A stretch of 64,000 nucleotides of DNA from positions 3,264,001 to 3,328,000 of the forward strand of contig OZ223209.1 in assembly GCA_965140415.1 (NCBI GenBank), written 5' to 3'. Source of the DNA: Myxococcota bacterium. GTDB lineage: Bacteria > Myxococcota_A > SURF-8. Below the pieces are notes generated by a model. The model was given only the letters and a program-made list of their open reading frames with translations, ran no database searches and was not told the origin of the DNA. Below, piece after piece: positions 50,868 to 60,523 of the stretch. Positions within the stretch are counted from its first letter, which is position 1; every line of letters begins with the position of its first letter. The translations under genes were made by a program, and so were the position numbers.

Positions 50868-51155
50868 GGGTTGGGTTGTCGCCACCCACCCCGACCGTCG
50901 CTTGCATGGTATATGTCCAACCCTCTCCTCCCAAGCCCTACTAGGATGGTCAGACATGCAAGCGATGGTGTTTTAATATGAATTCAATTGACGAAGTGAA
51001 AAGGAACAAGTATTATGCTGAACCGTCACGTAACCAACAACATGCAGGGACATCTCAGCACAGGAAATCCGAATGTTTTCATTGGAGAGGCGCCGGAGTC
51101 TTGTTGTGTAACAACGGCACCTCAGAACCTTTGTTGTCTTGAAAAAGGAGGTATC

Positions 51156-52445
51156 ATGAAACCGCTAAGAAAACTACTCATTTTACTAACCCTGGTGTTA
51201 TTCACCTTTCCTGCCTGGGCAGACTCGGTCGACGGCGACATCATTGCAGATGGAGACGTGACATTGGACGGTGACATCGCGTCCGTCACCTGTCAAGGCG
51301 AGCGTGGCAATTGTGAAGTAATGCCGACCCTGGTAAACTGCGAATGCGCAGACGGATCTGGTTCCGGACTCGGCGGGCCTGGATTTGAGATGACCGAAGC
51401 TGCCTGTCTGGAAATCCTCGAATCCTCTTGCGCGCTTCCGCCCGAAATCTGTGGAACGGAAAAAGGCATCTGTGAAGTCCATGAAGACGGTCGCTTTTCC
51501 TGCATTTGTGCAGACGGCAGCACGGTCCCCGATCTGGATGGTGACATCGACAGCGACTGGATTGTTCCCGATGGGGACGCTCCGGTCGACGGCGATGATG
51601 GCCCAATACCTGTCGATGGCGATGCAATCCCTCAAAGTCTCGCCCCTGTCGTTGATGGCGATGTCGCAATTGACGGTGATGAGGAACAAACCACCTTGGC
51701 GTGCACAGCCGTTCTTACGGACAACTGCCCGAACGACCCACCCAATCCCGCCGATTCTTGTAGCACGGAAGCATTGACCTTATGCAACAGCATTGTCGAT
51801 TTCGTTGGAGATTGCACTTCGGAACCCTCCTTGGCCTTCCGCGTCATTCTCTGTTGCGGCATGCATGCTGAAGATGCACAAGCCTTAGAGGACATGTGGA
51901 CCTGCATACAACAAGAAGGTTGCGATAACTTCCAGACCTGTTTTGGTGGCGGAGAAGATGGCGATGCGATTGCAGACGGCGATGTAGTGAGCGTGGATGG
52001 AGACAGCGGTCAAACCACGGACGGCGATGCGATCATGGATGGAGACATCACCGACGGCGATATTCTTGTCGATGGCGATGCAATTGCCGATGGCGACACA
52101 GCCTCCCCCGATGGCGACGATGTCACAACTGATGGCGACACAGTTTCTCCCGACGGCGATGATGCCACCACCGATGGCGACACAGCTTCTCCCGATGGCG
52201 ACACAGCCTCCCCCGATGGCGACGATGTTACACCCGATGGAGACACAGCCTCCCCTGATGGTGACGATGCCACCGTCGATGGCGATGATGCCACTACCGA
52301 CGGCGATGATTCCACAACCGACGGCGACACCAATGAAGACGACGATGACGATGGTTGCCAGCACAGTGGCAATCCCGCAGGTTTGATGCTGCTGTTCAGC
52401 TTCGGTCTGCTCGCGCTGCAACGCCGCCGCCGCTTCACTCTCTAA
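51156..52445 (+). CDS. Secreted Cys-rich, DGD-repeat protein with C-terminal MYXO-CTERM-like sorting signal
   Basis: AGGAGG RBS, signal peptide AWA|D, Cys-rich modules, C-terminus DDGCQHSGNPAGLMLLFSFGLLALQRRRRFTL. Confidence 0.82.
   Translation: MKPLRKLLILLTLVLFTFPAWADSVDGDIIADGDVTLDGDIASVTCQGERGNCEVMPTLVNCECADGSGSGLGGPGFEMTEAACLEILESSCALPPEICGTEKGICEVHEDGRFSCICADGSTVPDLDGDIDSDWIVPDGDAPVDGDDGPIPVDGDAIPQSLAPVVDGDVAIDGDEEQTTLACTAVLTDNCPNDPPNPADSCSTEALTLCNSIVDFVGDCTSEPSLAFRVILCCGMHAEDAQALEDMWTCIQQEGCDNFQTCFGGGEDGDAIADGDVVSVDGDSGQTTDGDAIMDGDITDGDILVDGDAIADGDTASPDGDDVTTDGDTVSPDGDDATTDGDTASPDGDTASPDGDDVTPDGDTASPDGDDATVDGDDATTDGDDSTTDGDTNEDDDDDGCQHSGNPAGLMLLFSFGLLALQRRRRFTL
52089..52340 (+). repeat. 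12 x 21-bp coding tandem repeat (DGDxxxx heptads)
   Basis: DGDTASP DGDDVTT DGDTVSP DGDDATT DGDTASP DGDTASP DGDDVTP ... Confidence 0.9.
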
Positions 52446-52470
52446 TCTGAATCAACCATTCAGTTCTCTT

Positions 52471-52496
52471 CGGCCCGGAGCAATCCGGGCCGTTTT
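52471..52496 (+). terminator. Intrinsic terminator
   Basis: cggcccgga-gcaa-tccgggccg-tttt. Confidence 0.8.
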
Positions 52497-52581
52497 CGTT
52501 ACACCATGAAAAGCGCTTGACCCTGCACCACTTCACCCCTAGGATGAATTCCGTTGTGATTATGTAGAAAACGGGGAACTG

Positions 52582-55266
52582 ATGAACGAATCTAAAATCG
52601 TATATCTTGTCGATGTCAGCGGCTACATCTTCCGCGCCTATCACGCCATTCGTGGTGGACTGACAACCGCAAGCGGTCTGCCAACCAACGCCGTCTACGG
52701 CTTCACGCAGATGTTGATCAAACTGATCAAGGACGAGCAGCCGAGCCACTTGGTGCCGGTCTTCGATGTATCCCGTATTTCTTTCCGACAGGATCTTTAT
52801 CCTGCTTACAAGGCGAATCGCCCCGATCCGCCAGAGGATCTGGCTCCGCAATTTCCCTTGGTGCGAGAAGTCGTTCGAGCATTCCGCCTGCCCCCAGTGG
52901 AAAAAGAAGGATTTGAAGCGGATGACGTCATCGGCACATTGTGTAAGCTCCTTACCAAGGAAGGCCATCAGGTCAAAGTCGTCACCAGCGATAAAGACAT
53001 GATGCAATTGGTAAATGATTCCGTAAGTTTATTGGACACATGGAAAAACAAGCGAATTTCGTTTGCAGAAGTGGAAAAACGTTTCGGAGTTAGCCCGGAC
53101 AAAGTAATCGATGTACTGGGGCTTGCAGGCGACACCAGCGACAACGTCCCTGGCGTTCCGGGAGTCGGAGAAAAGACAGCCAGTAGCTTGATTCAGCAAT
53201 TCGGTTCAGTAGAGGCCGTTTTGGAAAACATAGATGCCATTTCCGGCAAGAAACGCAAGGAGAACCTGACCGAGTTTGCCGATCAAGCTCGCTTAAGCAA
53301 ACAACTGGTGACGATCCGCACCGATGTACCGCTCGATTTCAATCTGGACAATTACCTTGTACAGGCTCCGGATCCGGAACTGGCGACCGAATTGTTCGAG
53401 AGGCTGGAATTCAGCTCGCTATTACAAGCCTTCGAGCTGGCCACACCTAAGAAAACGTTAGAAACGGACAACTACATCCTCGTCGATGACGAAACGAAGC
53501 TTCATAAGATGGTACAATACTTCGAAAAGCAATCGTTGATCGCTTTCGACACCGAAACCAACACCACAGACACCCTCGCCGACTCTCCACTGGTCGGATT
53601 ATCCTTTTCCGTTGAAAAAGGGAATACCTATTACGTGCCGGTAGCTCACAGTCTTCCCAACGTGAAGCAAGTAAACAAAAACCAGGCATTGCAATCGCTA
53701 ACCAATCTTTTCGCAGATCCTGACAAAACCTGGATCATGCAGAACGCCAAATTCGATATTGAAATCATGCGAACGGAGGGAGTTGAATTCGCCGGGACGG
53801 TAGAGGACACCATGCTGTTGTCCTACGTGCTAAACCCTGCGAGACGCGGACATGGCCTGGATGCACTTGCACAGGAATGGCTGAACCACCAGATGATCAG
53901 CTATCAACAAGTCGCGGGCAAAGGAAAAGACCAGGTCACATTCGACCAGGTGGACACCAAGACCGCCTGTCGTTACTCCGGCGAAGACGCCGATGCCACC
54001 GCTCGCCTATTCGGTCTTCTCAGCAAACAGGTAAAAGAGGCCAAACTCTGGTCGTTATATGAAGACATCGAGCGACCTCTTGTAACGGTGCTGGCAAAAA
54101 TGGAGCGAACCGGAGTTCTTGTAGACAAGCAGGCACTTGAAAAGCTTACGAATGAGTTCGATCATTTGATTGCCGGTATGGAAACGGAAATTTACGATCT
54201 GGCGGGAGAAACATTCAACATCAACAGTACACAGCAATTGGGTGTTATTTTATTTGAGCGGCTCGGTCTACCCAAAGGCCGAAAAACCAAAACGGGTTAC
54301 TCTACGGATTCAACGGTTTTGGAAAAGCTTGCAGGCAAGCATCCCCTACCCCGCCTGATTCTCGATTATCGCCAGGCCGCCAAACTGCGTAGTACCTACA
54401 CAGACGCGCTGGTAAAATTGATCAACCCCAAAACCGGACGCATTCACAGCTCTTTCAACCAGACGGTAGCCATGACAGGCAGACTCAGTTCTTCCGATCC
54501 CAATCTCCAGAACATCCCCGTACGCACGGAGAGCGGACGTATGATCCGCCGGGCCTTCATCCCCCAGCCAGGCTTTACCATGCTCAGTGCCGATTACTCA
54601 CAAATTGAACTGCGCATCCTTGCACACCTGAGTAAAGATGAAATCCTGCTGCGCTCTTTCAATCACGACGAAGACGTGCATACCCGTACCGCCGCAGAAG
54701 TTTTCGACACCATGGCTCCCATGGTAGATCGCGAAATGCGTCGTCGAGCCAAAGCGGTCAATTTCGGCATCGTGTACGGTCAGAGTCCGTATGGCTTAAG
54801 CGAATCACTGGGAATTCCACTGCGCGAAGCCAAGACGATCATTGATAACTACTTTGAACGCTATAGTGGGGTGAAGGACTACATCGAGGAACATCAACAA
54901 CAAGCACGCAAAGAAAAAGTGGTTCAGACGCTTTTCGGTCGCCGAATTCCTCTGCTCGACATCGACTCGTCCAACGCCTCCCAACGCGCCTATGCGGAAC
55001 GAGTCGCCATCAACGCTCCCATTCAGGGCAGCGCAGCCGATATCATCAAAATCGCGATGTTGCGTATCGACAGCGAATTATCCAGGCAAAAACTGCAAAG
55101 CAGGATGTTGATGCAAGTTCATGATGAACTGATCTTCGAAATACTGGAAAACGAACTGGAGAGCATGAAGGAACTGGTGGTTCGGGAAATGATGCAAGCC
55201 GCCCAGTTGGATGTCCCACTTAAAGTGGATGTCGGCCTGGGAAACAACTGGGACGAAGCCCATTGA
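52582..55266 (+). CDS. polA: DNA polymerase I
   Basis: 5'-3' exonuclease (EADDVIGT, GDTSDNVPGVPG), 3'-5' exonuclease (FDTET), polymerase motifs DYSQIELR, KAVNFGIVYG, QVHDE. Confidence 0.98.
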   Translation: MNESKIVYLVDVSGYIFRAYHAIRGGLTTASGLPTNAVYGFTQMLIKLIKDEQPSHLVPVFDVSRISFRQDLYPAYKANRPDPPEDLAPQFPLVREVVRAFRLPPVEKEGFEADDVIGTLCKLLTKEGHQVKVVTSDKDMMQLVNDSVSLLDTWKNKRISFAEVEKRFGVSPDKVIDVLGLAGDTSDNVPGVPGVGEKTASSLIQQFGSVEAVLENIDAISGKKRKENLTEFADQARLSKQLVTIRTDVPLDFNLDNYLVQAPDPELATELFERLEFSSLLQAFELATPKKTLETDNYILVDDETKLHKMVQYFEKQSLIAFDTETNTTDTLADSPLVGLSFSVEKGNTYYVPVAHSLPNVKQVNKNQALQSLTNLFADPDKTWIMQNAKFDIEIMRTEGVEFAGTVEDTMLLSYVLNPARRGHGLDALAQEWLNHQMISYQQVAGKGKDQVTFDQVDTKTACRYSGEDADATARLFGLLSKQVKEAKLWSLYEDIERPLVTVLAKMERTGVLVDKQALEKLTNEFDHLIAGMETEIYDLAGETFNINSTQQLGVILFERLGLPKGRKTKTGYSTDSTVLEKLAGKHPLPRLILDYRQAAKLRSTYTDALVKLINPKTGRIHSSFNQTVAMTGRLSSSDPNLQNIPVRTESGRMIRRAFIPQPGFTMLSADYSQIELRILAHLSKDEILLRSFNHDEDVHTRTAAEVFDTMAPMVDREMRRRAKAVNFGIVYGQSPYGLSESLGIPLREAKTIIDNYFERYSGVKDYIEEHQQQARKEKVVQTLFGRRIPLLDIDSSNASQRAYAERVAINAPIQGSAADIIKIAMLRIDSELSRQKLQSRMLMQVHDELIFEILENELESMKELVVREMMQAAQLDVPLKVDVGLGNNWDEAH

Positions 55267-55414
55267 TTGCTTGATGGTTACACCAGCCCCACGTGGTAAA
55301 TCCTCTTGCCAGAAGTTTATGTAGCGATTACCTTCAGAACCAACTTTGCCCTGCCCCCCGAAAACTGGACAACTGATGTGTTAGAATCCCTGTACGATTC
55401 AAGGAGGGATTCTG

Positions 55415-55684
55415 ATGAAGGGAAAGCGATTTTCGGACGAGCAGATAGTAACGATCTTGAAGGAAGCGGAGTGTAAGACCTCGACGGTGCAGGAGATCTG
55501 CCGCAAGCATGGAGTGTCGGAGCAATCGTTCTATCGTTGGCACAAGAAATTCGGCGGCCTGTCGGTTTCGGAGACGAAGCGGCTCAAGGATCTTGAAAAG
55601 GAAAATGCCCGCTTGAAACGGCTTCTGGCCGAGCGGGATCTGGAACTCGACGTGGCTAAGGAACTCTTGGAAAAAAACTGGTGA
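55415..55684 (+). CDS. IS3-family transposase OrfA (HTH)
   Basis: KRFSDEQI..ILKEAE..ICRKHGVSEQSFYRW..RLKDLEKENARLK. Ends in GAAAAAAACTGGTGA. Confidence 0.93.
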   Translation: MKGKRFSDEQIVTILKEAECKTSTVQEICRKHGVSEQSFYRWHKKFGGLSVSETKRLKDLEKENARLKRLLAERDLELDVAKELLEKNW

Positions 55685-56535
55685 AGGCGGCGCATCGCCG
55701 GTGCGCGGTGGATCACGCGGTCTCACGTGGTCTGTCCGTACGGCGGGGGGCTGCCTTGGTTCATTTGCAACGATCCACGTACTATTACAAGGCCCATCCG
55801 CGTGACGATTCGGCCCTGGCGGCCCGACTGAAAGCGATTTCAGAAGACGAGCCGCGCTTCGGTTATCGCCGGGCCTGGGGCGTGATGTATCGAAGGGAAA
55901 TCGTCAATCTGAAACGGGTCTATCGGGTGTGGCGGGATCTGGAGCTTTGCCTGCCGAGGCACAAGCCGCGCAAGAAAAAGAAAACGAAGTCGGCGGGCCT
56001 GCCGGTCAAGGCAGAGTGTCCGAACCACGTATGGACCTACGATTTCATGTTCGATTCGCTTAGCAACGGCAGGCGGATCAAGCTGTTGACGGTGGAGGAC
56101 GAGTACACGCGGGAAGGCTTGGCGATCCATGTGGATCGTGGCATCAAGTCGGACGATCTGATCTGCATTCTGGATGACCTGTTCAATCAATACGGGAATC
56201 CCGCCTTTATCCGTAGCGACAATGGTCCTGAATTCATTGCCGAGAAGTTGAAGACGTGGCTTACCAAACGCGGGACGGACATGCTGCACATCGACGCGGG
56301 CAGTCCCTGGCAAAACGGTTTCATCGAAAGTTTCAAATCGAAGGTGCGCGACGAACATTTGAACATGGAGATTTTCCTGACCTTACGCGAGGCGCAGGTG
56401 AAAACGGAAATGTGGCGCAGAAAATACAACACGTACCGCCCGCACAGCAGTATGGCGTATCGAACGCCGCAGGAGGAACGGCAGCGTTTCTTCTCGGGGG
56501 CTCTGCCCCCTAACCCCCGGAGTTTAGCGCTTTAA
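55681..56535 (+). CDS. IS3-family transposase OrfB (DDE), -1 frame relative to OrfA
   Basis: PRFGYRR, WTYDF, RSDNGPEF, PWQNGFIES, YNTYRPHSS. A7 slippery run at the junction. Confidence 0.93.
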   Translation: MKAAHRRCAVDHAVSRGLSVRRGAALVHLQRSTYYYKAHPRDDSALAARLKAISEDEPRFGYRRAWGVMYRREIVNLKRVYRVWRDLELCLPRHKPRKKKKTKSAGLPVKAECPNHVWTYDFMFDSLSNGRRIKLLTVEDEYTREGLAIHVDRGIKSDDLICILDDLFNQYGNPAFIRSDNGPEFIAEKLKTWLTKRGTDMLHIDAGSPWQNGFIESFKSKVRDEHLNMEIFLTLREAQVKTEMWRRKYNTYRPHSSMAYRTPQEERQRFFSGALPPNPRSLAL

Positions 56536-57065
56536 CGGACTCCGAAGGAACAGAAAAAAGAAAGGACAGACCTCAATCGTCTGTCCCTCCGTCGTCCACC
56601 CGTCCGGCGCTCGGGTCGCTCTCCAGCGGAGCCCTATCCTCCGGGCGGGGATGGCCAGTGTACCACGAAAAAGATGATTGGAAAGGCAACTTGTGCTACG
56701 ATTCAAACAGTCGAGCCGCATGGCTCATTCTCAACCCGGATTCTAACTCGTCAAGTGGTCCATACAACGGGGAGCAAAGCAGATCGGGAGGCACCCTCTT
56801 ACATTTTTCATATCACCAAAATCTATACCCGCATGGGAAGGGGTTCCGGCTTTCTGGGAGACGGGAAACAGAAAAGCTTTGGTAGGAGAAGGTTCATCCA
56901 TGACTCGATACGGGCCACTGAGGGGCAGGTCCAGCGATAAGGGAGAGGATGCACAGAATACTGACTCTTCCTAATTATATTTCTTGTTAATTCCCTCCCC
57001 TGTGCTAATCTACTTTCACCTTCACATGTATTTGTCTAAATCATTTCGCGCCAAGGAAGTGAACG

Positions 57066-57599
57066 ATGATGCGTACAAGTCGTATTTTGATGTTGTGTGC
57101 CCTGCTTTCAGTATTAGTGTTGACCGGTTGTAGCTCAGAAGGCAGTTCTGTTTCCGATGCGGATGGAGATCAGGAGTCCATGGACGCTGATACTGTTGGT
57201 GGCGACGCGCCCGATGGTGATGAGATTGACGGAGATACGACCGACAGTGATCTACCCGAAGCAGACATTACCGATGGTGATGATATCGACGGAGATATGG
57301 CCGATGGCGACATTACCGATGGTGATCTTACCGATGGCGATGCGCTTGACGGTGACGAACCCACCGACGGGGACATGAGCGACGGGGATGTGGAAATGGA
57401 TGGAGACGGAGCCGAATGCGATATAGAAACGACTTCTGCGCAAGCCGCCCCGTCCTTCAGCGGTTTTGCGGCGTCCGGCGGTTCCGCTGCGAATGCCGAT
57501 TACCACCTGACCTTCCGGCTGGCTCCGGCTGCCTTGACGATAAAAGCCGCAAACAGCGACTTCCGTTTGGATGCCACGATTACACCGAAATCGAATTGA
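57066..57599 (+). CDS. Small DGD-repeat lipoprotein
   Basis: Lipobox VLTG|C, many DGD pentamer-like repeats and a short beta-rich C-terminus. Confidence 0.78.
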   Translation: MMRTSRILMLCALLSVLVLTGCSSEGSSVSDADGDQESMDADTVGGDAPDGDEIDGDTTDSDLPEADITDGDDIDGDMADGDITDGDLTDGDALDGDEPTDGDMSDGDVEMDGDGAECDIETTSAQAAPSFSGFAASGGSAANADYHLTFRLAPAALTIKAANSDFRLDATITPKSN

Positions 57600-57619
57600 T
57601 CGAGAAGGGATAGAACGCC

Positions 57620-59437
57620 ATGAATAAGGCTCTTGTTTTTGTGCTAAGTGCATTCATTCTGTTTTCGTCCGTTCCGGCATTGGCCGACGTGCCCACGTCG
57701 ATGCAGTTTCAGGGTTTCCTGACGGACGCCGAAGGCGATCCACTGAATGGGATGTTCCCCATCACCATCACCTTGTACGGCTCGACCGATGGCGATGATG
57801 CGGTCTGGACGGACACGCAGAATGTGGCGCTCGAACAAGGAGCATTTACCGCGACCCTGGGCGGTATACAAAACCCGCTGGACTCCAACATCTTCGGTGA
57901 CGCTCCGCTGTGGCTAGGTGTAACCGTGGGTGATGGTGAAGAACTCTCCCCCCGCTCACCGATATCAAGCATGCCGTATGCCACGAAAGCGGCGGTGGCG
58001 GACAATGCCACGGGCGACATCACCCCCAATTCGGTAACAGTAGGCGATTCGACCATCATCGATGAAAGCGGTGCCTGGGTTGGCGAAATTGCAGGCTTGC
58101 AGGGAGTTCAGGGTGAACAAGGAGTTCAAGGCGAACAGGGCGAGCAGGGGCCTCAAGGGGATGCAGGTCAAAGCGTTACCGGCATGTCACTTGGATTAGA
58201 CGATCCGAACTGCCCATACGGCGGAGTCGCCTACGCATCTGCTTCGGGCACCGATCATGTCTGCAATGGTGAACCGGGTGCTGAAGGCCCCACCGGTTCA
58301 AAAGGTGATAAAGGCGATCAAGGCGATACCGGGCCTCGTGGGTTTCCGGCCATGCCGTCTACACAGATACCGCGGAATAATATTGTTACTATTCTGTACA
58401 ATGCAAATATAGAGGCAACATCAATTACCATCGGCTCTGATGGGTTGCCGGTCATTTCATTCGTGAATGACGATAGACAGCTTTTCGTCACCCATTGCGA
58501 CGATATCGACTGCACGACAAGTACAACAAGCACACTGGATGACCGTAGTGTAAGTGGGTATTATACGTCCATCGCCATCGGTACGAACGGATATCCTGTG
58601 GTTGCCCAGTATATCAAAGAATATGGCAATGTTGCTGTCCGTCTATGTCATGATGTGGCCTGTGAAACATCTACAAATAAGAATTTGAACACTGGTGGCG
58701 ATGATGTCGGAGCATATCTATCTCTGGCCATTGGTGTGGATGGCAAGCCTATTGCTTCTTATTACAATGCAACCGACGGAAGCCTTCAGGTTTCCCATTG
58801 CGATGACTCAAACTGCGAAAGTTTCACCAGCACCGTCATCGACAATACGGCAGCGGAAGTCGGGAAGGGGACATCAATCACTATCGGAATCGATGGATTG
58901 CCCATTATTGCGTATCTTGACAAAACAAATGGGTACCTAAAAACAGTCCATTGCTCGAATGTCGAATGCAATAGCAGCCTGTTCATTCGTACGTTGTCCA
59001 CCAGTGCAATCAGTGACCCCGCTATTACGATCGCTGCGGATGGTCTACCCATAGTCACAATGGTCAGCAGTCATACTGGATATGATAGAAGTTTGGGGCT
59101 TATTAAATGTAATTACATTTCCTGCAATGAAAGCGATGAAACAACTTGGACTAGCGGAACAGCTTCGGGACATGCCATCACAATCGGTGCGGATGGTTTG
59201 CCTATTGTTTCACTTTATCGCGCTTCTACAAACACATTGTCGGTCGCACATTTTGGTAATTCCGATACAATCAGCTACAGTTTCCCAACCGGTTCGGAAA
59301 ACGACGGCTATCACAGTTCTATAACAATCGGCGTGGATGGCTTGCCGGTTATATCGTATTTCAGTGCGTTGGCTCATAGGCTATGTGTCGTCAAGTGCGC
59401 CAATGCGTTTTGCGTGCCAAACTGGACTAGGCGGTAG
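57620..59437 (+). CDS. Secreted protein with collagen-like G-X-Y stalk and C-terminal ~six-repeat (probable beta-propeller) domain
   Basis: Signal peptide ALA|D, VPTSMQFQGFLTD N-domain, GVQGEQ and GDKGDQ repeats, recurring SITIGxDGLPxIS..C...C repeats. Confidence 0.78.
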   Translation: MNKALVFVLSAFILFSSVPALADVPTSMQFQGFLTDAEGDPLNGMFPITITLYGSTDGDDAVWTDTQNVALEQGAFTATLGGIQNPLDSNIFGDAPLWLGVTVGDGEELSPRSPISSMPYATKAAVADNATGDITPNSVTVGDSTIIDESGAWVGEIAGLQGVQGEQGVQGEQGEQGPQGDAGQSVTGMSLGLDDPNCPYGGVAYASASGTDHVCNGEPGAEGPTGSKGDKGDQGDTGPRGFPAMPSTQIPRNNIVTILYNANIEATSITIGSDGLPVISFVNDDRQLFVTHCDDIDCTTSTTSTLDDRSVSGYYTSIAIGTNGYPVVAQYIKEYGNVAVRLCHDVACETSTNKNLNTGGDDVGAYLSLAIGVDGKPIASYYNATDGSLQVSHCDDSNCESFTSTVIDNTAAEVGKGTSITIGIDGLPIIAYLDKTNGYLKTVHCSNVECNSSLFIRTLSTSAISDPAITIAADGLPIVTMVSSHTGYDRSLGLIKCNYISCNESDETTWTSGTASGHAITIGADGLPIVSLYRASTNTLSVAHFGNSDTISYSFPTGSENDGYHSSITIGVDGLPVISYFSALAHRLCVVKCANAFCVPNWTRR

Positions 59438-60047
59438 AAAATAAAATGCATAATGGCTCCTGCGCCGGGCTGGCATCGGCTTGGTCAACCTCACCTTCGA
59501 GATGCCCTATATGTGCCTGGGCAAGATCGAAAGAGAAGTTCTTGAGCGGAAATGAGAAATCGGTATCGCGATTTTGTAGTTTCTCAAGGCGCATCAAGGT
59601 GACTTCCGCCTGTGCGCTGAAATCGCCGAGTAGGTTGTTGATGGCTTTGCGTTCGATAAGCCCAACTATCTCACTTGCGTCATTCTCCAACTCATCTTCA
59701 GCATCGGTATCGGCATCACCATCCTCCGCCTCATCCCCACCAAGCAATCCTAGCAGGGAATTGATCGTACCGAGCCAGTCCTGGAACTGGATCAATACGA
59801 GACCCATCAAGGCTTGTGGGTGTTCAGAGTCACGAGACAGAAGGGTCAAAAAGGTATTCTGGGCCTCTCCGTAACTGGCGGAATCCATTTCTTCCAGCGC
59901 TTGTCTGGCCAGTTCCTCTATTGTCGGCTCGTTTGTATCCATATCTCCGTCGAGAGTTTCATTTTTGTCACTGGAACAGGAAGCAACAAGACTGATAAGA
60001 CAGGAAAGAAATAGAAAACGAATCAGGACGGTCAGTTTCGACGGCAT
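59427..60047 (-). CDS. Hypothetical lipoprotein with TPR-like helices, possibly 3'-truncated
   Basis: Lipobox LVAS|C, DGD motifs, helical TPR-like segment. Overlaps the convergent gene by 11 nt. Confidence 0.6.
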   Translation of the reverse strand: MPSKLTVLIRFLFLSCLISLVASCSSDKNETLDGDMDTNEPTIEELARQALEEMDSASYGEAQNTFLTLLSRDSEHPQALMGLVLIQFQDWLGTINSLLGLLGGDEAEDGDADTDAEDELENDASEIVGLIERKAINNLLGDFSAQAEVTLMRLEKLQNRDTDFSFPLKNFSFDLAQAHIGHLEGEVDQADASPAQEPLCILFSTA

Positions 60048-60259
60048 TTTGCATCCTTTAAGGAGGTGATTGCTGGAAGTTCAAATTACAATATTTGAAT
60101 ATCATGAACTCGCCGGAGGTTCAAGTTCGTATTAGATTATGCCTGATCTTGCAGCTCTCACATTCGTATTATGCGTAGATTATTCAGACTAAGGTATTGG
60201 GTAGAATGGTGAGCAAACAGGGAAAAATTCACGTGACCGATACGTGACCGCAACAAGAA

Positions 60260-60291
60260 ACAGCCACTCACGAAAAATCGTAAGTGGCTGT
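60260..60291 (-). terminator. Hairpin downstream of the tRNA 3' fragment
   Basis: acagccactcacg / cgtaagtggctgt. Confidence 0.55.
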
Positions 60292-60297
60292 AATTAC

Positions 60298-60345
60298 TGG
60301 TCGGGGCGACTGGATTTGAACCAGCGACCACCTGAACCCCATTCA
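60298..60345 (-). mobile_element. att site: 3' 48 nt of tRNA-Pro(GGG), not a complete tRNA
   Basis: The minus strand reads tga atGGGgt tcagg tggtc gctgg ttcaaat ccagt cgccccg a CCA (anticodon loop, T arm, 3' acceptor strand). The 5' half is absent and an integrase is adjacent. Confidence 0.9.
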
Positions 60346-60523
60346 TGAAAACAACCTGTCACCAAGTGCTATGTAGTTGTATATACAGCTAATATCACTT
60401 GACTTCTGAAAAGTCAAATGATACCTATTGCTATGGAATTCGATGAAACGACTTGACTTATACTTGACTCAGATTGCCCGGACACCCCAAAATCGCCGAT
60501 TTGAGTCAAGTGGAGGTTGGCAG

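Larger units (their letters stand above)
55347..56781 (+). mobile_element. IS3-family (IS407-like) insertion sequence
   Basis: IRL tgccctgccccccgaaaactggacaactgatgtgttag aligns with the reverse complement of 56743-56781 (tgctttgctccccgttgtatggaccacttgacgagttag). TG...CA ends. No clear target duplication. Confidence 0.88.

Noticed and set aside
52089-52340. Possible CRISPR array
   Set aside because: These are in-frame 21-bp coding repeats without unique spacers, and there are no cas genes in the window.
60203-60230. gaatggtgagcaaacaggga, faintly like the reverse complement of another tRNA 3' end
   Set aside because: There is no T-loop (TTCGAA) match, so it is too degenerate to call.
60158-60346. 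62-aa ORF MNGVQVVAGSNPVAPT
   Set aside because: This is simply the translation of the tRNA-Pro 3' fragment.
60298-60375. Complete tRNA-Pro gene
   Set aside because: Sequence beyond 60345 has no D arm or 5' acceptor strand, so only the att duplication is present.
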